Below are positions 18,801 through 26,400 of a DNA stretch of 64,000 nt, in pieces. The DNA is taken from positions 51,071 through 115,070 of the forward strand of contig JBJHDA010000001.1 of NCBI GenBank assembly GCA_050486305.1, given 5' to 3'. The notes beneath the pieces were generated by a model that saw only the letters and a program-made list of their open reading frames with translations, ran no database searches and was not told the origin of the DNA. The position numbers and the translations under genes were made by a program. How positions within the stretch are numbered: position 1 is the first letter of the stretch; each line of letters starts with the position of its first letter. Source of the stretch: Candidatus Saccharimonadota bacterium (GTDB taxonomy: Bacteria > Patescibacteriota > Saccharimonadia > Saccharimonadales > SLHW01).

Positions 18801-19785
18801 CTTCAAGACAAATGTCCAAACAATTCAGTCGATTGATTACAATAAGGTGTTAGATCTAAGGCCCGTAAAGTACAACTCTCTAGGCACGGACGATGACAGC
18901 AGTACCGTATTTTATGGCTATATCGCTGAAGAGGTGGCAAAAATTGATCGCCGACTTGTACAGTGGAGCGGCCCTGGCCCTAACGCGGTAGCAGAAGGGG
19001 TAATGTATGACAGGGTTAACGCCCTCTTGTTACCGGTCGTGCGTGACAACAGAGGAAGAATCACCAGACTAGAAGTTAGGGTCTCAGATCTTCAATCAAG
19101 AGCCAACTCCCTCCAATCTCAAATCAACACCCTCAAAAACACCAAAGCCACCAAAACAGCCCACAACAATCTAAAGAACCGTGTCACCCAAGCTGAAGCT
19201 ACCCTTGGTGATCTCGTTGTTGCCTCTAGTAGCTACCTCCAAAACGGTCAAAGCGCCACCTTCTCTAGTCTTAACGTCTCCGGTCAGACCACCCTCAAGA
19301 GCCTGACGGTCACCGGTAACGCAAGCATCCAAGGCAACTTGAGTGTCGGAGGGAAGCTAACCGTAGAAACAGCCACAGTAACAGGCAACCTGACAGTTGG
19401 CGGCAGAGTACTGAGTCAGGCGACTGAGGCGCCGGAGGTGACTACTGATCTGGATGTGTTCGGTGAATCGCTTCTAGCAGAGCTTGATGGTACAGATGTC
19501 GCAGGTACGATAACACTTACTACCATCGAAAGCGATGGCGCATCACTTTTTGCTGCGCTGGATCAGGAGGAGTATGTGCTCGCCAGAGTTACTTTTACGA
19601 GCGAATACGAGCTGTTGTCGCGCGTTTCCCTGACAGCAATGAATAGTGAGGCCTCTCACCTGCGCATTTACGCTGAGCGTACTGCAGACGGCTTCATAAT
19701 AAAAACTACTGACGCACCGGATGCCGACAAAGAATACGTGTTTGACTACATAATTGTCGGTGCAGAAGCCATGACCAGCAACTAA
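12895..19785 (+). CDS. Giant envelope fibre protein 1 (2296 aa): signal/anchor helix, conserved N-domain, beta-helix, YadA-head-like repeats, tail-fibre stalk repeats, S74 intramolecular chaperone domain, coiled coil
   Basis: Uninterrupted 6.9-kb ORF. Hydrophobic helix at aa 37-60 followed by TIYA|QS. The N-domain TLNFQARLL...RIRLTSVPYAFQ is shared with the next gene. PbH1-like repeats (NNSIVNNYLSGN, ISGNRI, ISNNVIQG, ISGNNIY, VTGNTI, ITGNLI) span 14238-15290. Gly/Ala-rich head-type repeats (SVAVGNAA..AVALGQNS..SIAIGPSA) span about 15765-16440. NVGIGT..P...L.V units recur. SSARFK lies at aa 1966-1971 in a Peptidase_S74-like context. Confidence 0.85.
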   Translation: MAHQKQKSPTGLSRRFSNYVLPRGLSAFLPKSFATRAIASLTLIAAFLFFSLASFYFLAPAFQTTIYAQSVPSTLNFQARLLTSSGAIVPDGTYNVEFKLYDQESGGTELWTETRTFDTDSSDLHLNVRSGYLSVYLGDKTPFPSSIDWNDQHYLTMNIGGTSVTPTWDGEMTPRIRLTSVPYAFQAEQANQALDSEQLQGRSASEFVQLSPSSQQSGGINISGTGQFGSNLSTQGNLTANGTLTIQGTSNSSIAGNLAIGHTNPQVALDVDGGVRVGSTSVNLSGVIRWTGSDLEVYDGSTWVSLTEGSGSGGSSVESLNTLTGALTLQGTTNQVTVSDDGTDTITISLPQDINTTAAVEFGSLTTSGNISAGGNLSTDGTLTVTQSSTFNGNVTVASGQSLRLTGSDTFPGSPEEGELYFRTDLNRLYIYADGQWTNLHDTGSDSRTATAIVAADDSPAQAKASADYVATGSSDQDTINDALTAAAGGYVYLHEGTYTVDDSIEIPNDTTLAGAGTGTVITIPDGHDANLEVITNVDTTTGTGVTIRDLKVDGNKDDQNSGTMDGIYLEGMGGGSGSSARQGAELTNLTIVDVRGRGILLDNSSNNSIVNNYLSGNDRFEQIILYPDSNNNIISGNRILAGQVGISISDSRHNVISNNVIQGGTWGIYLPAWGSSDYTTISGNNIYDHSIYGISVEAGDYVTVTGNTIRGTCAGCAGLIFEADYGIISSNTFNEVGSYEIYIHGSNNSITGNLIGDNSAISAQGIFISSFASDNYLSNNTLNGGEIDDVGTNTIYSNQIGNNGAIINRSANSTTMFQLQDASGDVLFNADTENMRIGIGTDSPAYALDVVTADDIAARFSGRVIGADAVNNDEFITLGQANTLYQTAGDYFLQGGNSFGSTATLGTTDNNALEFITNDITRLTIAADGSTVTLASGTGLFLQGNATLTNPGTGSGSEQFGLNASAQGNNSVAVGNAATAAAQDAVALGQNSYAGPESIAIGPSAHTGVNAWGNVAIGPWNTISDDTFENILIGYGGSISSDESIGIGSGVDVQGSSSIAMGLFASTGSDASDGIAIGRSSYVDNSVSIALGRNAETFGLNTISIGAFSGTGSGATDSIVIGGSGWASGAQSVALGQAAEVFADGSTALGAYSSVQSTATDSIAIGNMARVDSANTFVAGSRDAPISTVFFGNGETATSGITPTSYTIQGTGGNGTDIQGGNISIAGGRGTGTGPGGDIIFETAASSGSSGTTQNALNERLRITSEGDVGIGTASPSYRLDVQGGSGAIARFSGRVIGADAVNTDEFTTLSQLNAVEDAAVQGSGTQGQVGFFNSNGDLTGSNSLYWDNSSGALGIGTNDPNSFTLQVAGSIGPDANDTYDLGSSSRRWRDLYLGPDSLNIGTHTNNATMSYNTTTNRFNFSHGINVSGTTVATSFSGDGANLTNLDADNITTGTLSVSRGGTGVDSFTQYGIPYGNSTSSMGVTAAGVTGECLTGNTGNAPSWVDCSIVGEGAEPGGTAGGDLSGTYPNPTVARINGAALGTTTADAGRILIGSGSQWISRSFSGDLTVSSTGTTTLADTSVSAGAYGSGTQVATFTVDSKGRLTAAGQTTIDINNLGAFMQGGNSFGEMATLGTNDNQALRFITNNTERMRILANGNVGIGTGSPSAPLEVSGGSGTRVIIGNPSGGHPTMVLGRQSGQPSIQSNSGWFIADGGGGTGNAGLNYWSSGDVILANGGGNVGIGTISPSEPLDVSISTSTYQGIRFSNAEEDVRIAVGASGIGYLRTSSDRLYIGDSNANRLVIRSGNVGIGTTNPQDLLHINGGDIRMSSPSPSVNLFETDTGKSWFVVADDNKFDVREDGTSGSNARFTIRDGNVGINNINPSSTLTVGGNLRFTGGTRHILIPNDTRLEFRSSSGNQILDIRDEVGGSNDPGLRSLATYDRTTTASANLHITSAANFSRSTSSARFKTNVQTIQSIDYNKVLDLRPVKYNSLGTDDDSSTVFYGYIAEEVAKIDRRLVQWSGPGPNAVAEGVMYDRVNALLLPVVRDNRGRITRLEVRVSDLQSRANSLQSQINTLKNTKATKTAHNNLKNRVTQAEATLGDLVVASSSYLQNGQSATFSSLNVSGQTTLKSLTVTGNASIQGNLSVGGKLTVETATVTGNLTVGGRVLSQATEAPEVTTDLDVFGESLLAELDGTDVAGTITLTTIESDGASLFAALDQEEYVLARVTFTSEYELLSRVSLTAMNSEASHLRIYAERTADGFIIKTTDAPDADKEYVFDYIIVGAEAMTSN

Positions 19786-20303
19786 AGAGTAGTCAAATAA
19801 TAGGATTGATGAGCCGCTGTTAGGTTGACTGTAGCAACTGAAGCGTCAACCTGTAATTGTGTAGCGAGAATTTGTTTAATACAGAAGTTAGTCCATGTAT
19901 TCAAAATTAACGGCTTACTAAGACGCATAAAGCAGAGCCAGCAAGAGAGTACAGGAGGAAGGAGGCTAAAGGCGCCTAAGCTAACGATTAAAGCAACTTA
20001 TTGACTCAGGCGATAAGTGAAAACTATGAGTTATCACGTTATCAAAGGGCACTGGTTTTGTACGCAAAAATAGTAAAATATGGTATTTTGCTCAAAATGC
20101 TTGTGGATAACTCATCATGCAATTATATGTATGTAGATTAAAAAACATCACTTTACATCTAATATTTATATTCTGAACACATGTCCACTGACAGTAAAAT
20201 AAGCTTAAAAGCAATATAACGTTATTATTTATACATCGTTATTAATATAATTTTTACGGAATTATCGGCTATCTGACTGCATAAAAAAAGTATACGTAAC
20301 GAC

Positions 20304-20332
20304 TTGAACCATATGCTATAAGGGGTCATAAT
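20304..20332 (+). promoter_or_regulatory. Candidate sigma-70-type promoter of giant gene 2
   Basis: TTGAAC, a 17-nt spacer, then CATAAT. It is paralogous in layout to 12714-12742 and implies a CA-rich leader of about 145 nt ending in caaacaaacaactaaa. Confidence 0.45.
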
Positions 20333-20483
20333 CCGTACTGTGTACCTGCTAAGCAGGGGGTCGTATCCCTGCAAGGCAACAAAAAGGAACACAAACACGA
20401 TTTTCTAAAACAAAAGTAATGCTCCGGCCGCGGATCATGAACAAAGAAAATCAAACAAACAACTAAATCAAACAAACACATAA

Positions 20484-23400
20484 ATGCCAAAGACAATCCC
20501 CAGCGTCGGCAGGCACGCTTATTTGCGTATTCCTGTAAAACTATGGCAACTACTGCAACATATTGTAGTGGGGTTGGTTCGTAGTAGCCTTTCTCAGAAC
20601 AAATCAAGTGCAGTAGGTGGTATTCTTGTTGCCTTCACACTGTTCCTGATGATTTTCGGAACGGTATTTTTGCATTTTCAGAAAACTATATACGCGAGCG
20701 ATACGCTTAACTTCCAAGCCCGTCTTCTGACCAGTAGCGGATCGGTAGCACCAGATGGGGTGTACAACGTTGAGTTCAAGCTGTATGACCAAGAGTCAGG
20801 TGGCACAGAGCTCTGGACCGAGACTCGATTGACGACTGATAGCAGTGACCTGCAAGTGACTGTACGCAGCGGTTACTTGAGTGTTTACCTCGGAGACAAG
20901 ACAGGTTTCCCAGGTAGTATCGACTGGAACGACCAGCTTTACCTGACCATGAACATCGGCGGTACGAGCGGTACTCCGGCATGGGATGGCGAGATGACAC
21001 CGAGGATACGGCTTACAAGCGTACCGTTTGCGTTCCAAGCAGACCGGGCAAACGTAGCGACTGAGCTTGAAGATCGGCAGGGCAGCAACACTGGTTCGCT
21101 TCGATTCGGCGCCTTAACGAACGATCGAAATATTCTTTTACCGAACTCTAGCGGTACGGTTGCGCTACTTCAGACTGCACAGACATTCTCCGGGGCAATA
21201 ACCTTCAGCGCTTCTGGTACCGGCTTAACCGTAACGAACAGTGCGATTATCGGGGGCAGCCTGACTGTTGATGGGGATACGCTTCGTGTAAATTCGTCTA
21301 CCAGCCGCGTCGGTATTGGCACGACCTCGCCTGACGCACGACTTACCGTAACTGGAGGAGCGGACGAGGTGCAGCTTAGAGTCGGGGCGAACGGCGTACA
21401 GACGAGCGATATCTTCCAGATTACCGATAGTACAAATAACGTCCTGGCTGGCTTCAACAGTCTCGGACAGCTCTTTTTGCGCGACTCCGGTTTCCGTGCA
21501 ACGCTTGAAACTGCCACGCTAACGGACGATCATTCCTACGTTCTCCCTGATGTTGGTGGTACATTTTGTTTGACGAGTGGTAACTGTTCTGGTGTTGGCG
21601 GCCAGGTTGGCGGAACTGGTACAGCTGGTCGGATTGCGATGTTTACCGCTGTCTCTGATATAGCTGATTCGTTCTTATCACAAGACGCAGACAGCATCAT
21701 CATTGATGCTGGCAGAAATCTAGCAGTTAACAACAACACGTTGTTCGTAGATGGTGACACTGGCAGAGTAGGCATCGGTACTACCTCACCTGAATACTTG
21801 CTGGATGTGCAAGACGGAACAGGCACAGTTGCGCGGTTTAGTGGTAGGGTAATCGGTGGCGAGGCAGTTAATTCTGACGAGTTCGTAACCCTTGCGCAGC
21901 TTGAAAGTGCGGTCGGTGCGACGGGAGCTTATGTGCTGGGCGGTAATGCGTTCGGTGAGCTTGCGGTTCTTGGTACCACCGACAATTATGGGCTCCAGTT
22001 TGTCACGAATGGGCAGGCTCGCCTTACCATAGCGAACAGCGGGGAAATCACTGCGGCCAACGCTCTAAGTGTGGACGGACAGCTTACGGTTACCAGCGGT
22101 GGAGCAAATATTACTGGCAATGTTGCTATTACCGGCGGACTGACGGTCACTGATGCTTCAACGTTTGAAAGTGCTGTGACGATAACTGACGGCGGACTGG
22201 ATGTTACAGGGCCAGTTATACTCCAGGGCAATACTGAAATAACCGATGCGAACACGTTCACCGTCGGCACGGGAGCTACCACGCTTGGTGGAACCCTCAG
22301 TGTCGACGGTATCGCTACCTTTAATAACGAAGTTATCATTGCTGCAGAGCAGTCTATTCGTTTGGTCGGCGGTGACACGGCTAGCCGGCCAGCGTCACCA
22401 GAGGAAGGCACCCTCTACTTCGACACACAGACGAACCGACTGCTTGTCTATGCAAATGGCAAGTGGCAGGCGGATCGTTCTATTGCCACCGTTATTGTTG
22501 CTCCCGAGGACGCTACTCAGGCCGCCAAAGACAGCGCGGACTTTGTTGTTCCTGACAGTGCCGATGATGCTCAGGATACGCTAAATGCTGCAATAGCGAC
22601 GCTGCCAAGCTCTGGCGGAACTGTTTATCTTCTCGAAGGTACCTACCTAATCTCTGGCTCTATTGAGCTCCCTGACAATACCACGTTAGCAGGCGCGGGT
22701 ACTGCGACTGTAATTAAGGTAAGAGACAGTCACGATGCAAGCTTCAATGCCCTCGAAAACGCTGACGCGACCGGTGGCAACAACAACATCACCCTTCGCG
22801 ATTTCGCGTTGGACGGTAATCGCAGCGAGCAAGCCGCCGGTGAGATGAATGGTATTTTCCTTGAAAACGTCGGTAGCGACACCGGTGGGGACGGGTTAAA
22901 CGGGATTACTATCACAAATGTTTCAGTTAATAACTTTAGCCATCGAGGGCTCACAGCAGTCAATTTGCGCAACAGTACGATAACCGGCTCTACCTTTAGA
23001 AACAACGACGACACTGGTATCGCACTCGGCGGTTCACTGGTGGGCCACAACAACATAGTCGATAACCTTGTGCAAGGTAACCGTGAAATGGGTATACACG
23101 TCGAAGGAGGTGGCTTTAACAACATATCAAACAACATGGTGCAGGGAAACCGCCGAACTGGTATTCGTGTGGACGCACCAGGCAACCTTGTAGCTGACAA
23201 CACAATCAAAGACAACGGCCTAACTTCACGCAGCCTTTATATAAATAGTGACGGTAATACTGTTACTGGCAATAGGGTACTTAACGGAAGTGCTATAGGT
23301 ATTGGGGTAGAAGGGGACAACAACCTTATATCAGGCAACACCGTGGCAGAAAATGCACTTCGAGGTATCGAGGTAAACGGCGACAGCAATACAGTTACTG

Positions 23401-26400
23401 CGAACACCGTTCGCGGCAATGGTGAGGCAGCTATATCTATTATCAGCTCTTCGAACGGTACGCTTATTACTTCGAACAGGATTTCCAACATAAATACTGA
23501 GCCGGCCATCGATATTGTCAGCGGTGCTGAAAATACTTACCTATCAAATAATACTTACAGTGGAAGTGCTGATCCATTCATTGTTGATGCAAGCAGTACA
23601 ACGATTTATGCAAATCAAATCGGCAACAATGGCGCTATCATCAACCGTACTGCTGACAGTGAAGCCATGTTCCAGCTCCAGGCAAGTAACGGCGACGTGC
23701 TCTTCAACGCCGACACCCAGAACATGCGCATAGGTATTGGTACTGACGCTCCGGAATATGCTCTTGATGTGGTTACGGCCGATGCTATCAGCGCCCGATT
23801 TAGCGGCCGTGTCATCGGTGCTGCTGCGGTGAATGCCAATGAATTCGTCACCCTCGCCCAGCTCGAATCTGCAACGGGTGTTGTTGGCAGCGCCTTCCTC
23901 CAGGGTGGTAACGCCTTCGATGAAGCGGCAGTGCTTGGTACGACTGATGCGTATGGCCTCAACCTTATAACTGACGGCACCACCAGACTTGCTATATCTG
24001 AAGTCGGCAACATAACGCTTGCCGATGACGTCCTTTATGTAGACGCAGTAAACGAAAGAGTACAAATTGGTTCAAGCGACAGTATTGACGCGCGACTGAG
24101 TGTGATCGGCGGTGCCGATCAGACTCAGTTGCTTGTCCGTGCTCACGCTACCCAAACTAGTCCGCTGGTGTTGCTCCAGGACAGTACGGGTGGTGAGCTA
24201 GCACGGCTGAACGCAACTGACAGTAGTTTGTACCTAGGATTTGAAGCTGGTGGGTCGACCGCTTCAGGAGATAACAATATAGGAATAGGCGCGAGCGCTC
24301 TAGGCGCTGTCTCGACGGGGGCAGCGAATACGACGCTGGGTTCTGGGGCGCTCGCATCTGTTTCTATAGGCAGCAACAACACGGCTGTTGGCTACAACGC
24401 TGGAAATCTCCTCACAGGTTCCAATAACATATTACTTGGATACGAGGCTGGCAGCAACATAGAAGACGGTAGCAACAACATTATTATTGGCTACAGCCTG
24501 GGCGCTTCAAGTCCGAACGTCAGCAATGAACTTAGAATAGGCGGCATACTACAAGGTAACCTTGATACGCTTGAGCTAACCTTTAACGGAGATGTCACAG
24601 TTACCGGCGGACTCACCGTTCAAGACGGGTTAGTTGTTACTGCTGGTGGCATAGATGTAACAGGCGACAGCACGATTGATGGCACACTTGATGTTACTGG
24701 TGAGGCAACGTTTGATGACGGTGTAACGATTACTGACGGTGGCATAGACGTAACAGGCGACAGCACGATCACTGGCAACCTTGGCCTAGACGGTAACTTC
24801 CAGATATTCGGTACCGGCACATTCACGAGCGGCACCGGTGCAGTTACCCTGCAAGGCGACACAGAAATAACCGGTGCAAATACCTTCACGGTTGGCACTG
24901 GTGCAACCACACTTGGCGGCAGTCTCCAGGTTGATGGCCAAACAACCTTCAACGATACCGTTACGGTAAACGCTGGTACTGGAATCGTCGCTAGCTTCTC
25001 AGGCAGGGTAGCTGGTCAAGATGCAGTCGAGCAAGACGAATTTACTACCCTCGCACAGCTGCAATCTGCCGTCGGTGCAGTCAACGCCTTCCTCCAAGGC
25101 GGTAACGCTTTCGATGAAGCAGCGGTGCTTGGTACGACTGACAACGAAGACCTACAGTTTATTACTAATAACGAAGTCCGACTTACGGTAACTGCCGGTG
25201 GAGACATAACAATAGCCAATGCTCTCGCAGTAGGTGGTGATCTCACGGTAACTGGAGTGGCAACCTTCGAGGACGGCCTTACGGTAACTGCTGGTGGCAT
25301 AGACGTCATTGGCGACAGTGCGATTACCGGTAATCTTGATATTACTGGCGACATCACAGCAACTGGCGACGCAGTCTTTGCTGCTGAGACTGATTCTACG
25401 ACAACCTTCCAGATTCAAAATGCAACTGGTGCCGCTCTCTTCAACGCCGACACCCAGAACATGCGCATAGGTATTGGTACTGACGCTCCGGAATATGCTC
25501 TTGATGTGGTTACGGCCGATGCTATCAGCGCCCGATTTAGCGGCCGTGTCATCGGTGCTGCTGCGGTGAATGCCAATGAATTCGTCACCCTCGCCCAGCT
25601 CGAATCTGCAACGGGTGTTGTTGGCAGCGCCTTCCTCCAGGGTGGTAACGCCTTCGATGAAGCGGCAGTGCTTGGTACGACTGATGCGTATGGCCTCAAC
25701 CTTATAACTGACGGCACCACCAGACTTGCTATATCTGAAGTCGGCAACATAACGCTTGCCGATGACGTCCTTTATGTAGACGCAGTAAACGAAAGAGTAC
25801 AAATTGGTTCAAGCGACAGTATTGACGCGCGACTGAGTGTGATCGGCGGTGCCGATCAGACTCAGTTGCTTGTCCGTGCTCACGCTACCCAAACTAGTCC
25901 GCTGGTGTTGCTCCAGGACAGTACGGGTGGTGAGCTAGCACGGCTGAACGCAACTGACAGTAGTTTGTACCTAGGATTTGAAGCTGGTGGGTCGACCGCT
26001 TCAGGAGATAACAATATAGGAATAGGCGCGAGCGCTCTAGGCGCTGTCTCGACGGGGGCAGCGAATACGACGCTGGGTTCTGGGGCGCTCGCATCTGTTT
26101 CTATAGGCAGCAACAACACGGCTGTTGGCTACAACGCTGGAAATCTCCTCACAGGTTCCAATAACATATTACTTGGATACGAGGCTGGCAGCAACATAGA
26201 AGACGGTAGCAACAACATTATTATTGGCTACAGCCTGGGCGCTTCAAGTCCGAACGTCAGCAATGAACTTAGAATAGGCGGCATACTACAAGGTAACCTT
26301 GATACGCTTGAGCTAACCTTTAACGGAGATGTCACAGTTACCGGCGGACTCACCGTTCAAGACGGGTTAGTTGTTACTGCTGGTGGCATAGATGTAACAG

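Noticed and set aside
12486-20110. The two perfect DnaA boxes plus nearby parAB as evidence for oriC in this window.
   Set aside because: There are only two boxes, 7.6 kb apart and separated by a giant gene. No clustered boxes, no obvious AT-rich unwinding element adjacent to them, and no dnaA or dnaN are present. They fit better as paralogous operator sites.
24143-26119. Pairs of identical minus-strand ORFs (24143-24382 = 25880-26119, 24620-24952 = 26357-26689, 24157-24357 = 25894-26094) that could be read as duplicated small genes or an IS element.
   Set aside because: They are offset by exactly 1737 bp. They are the antisense echo of the in-frame duplication inside giant gene 2. No transposase motifs or terminal inverted repeats are present.
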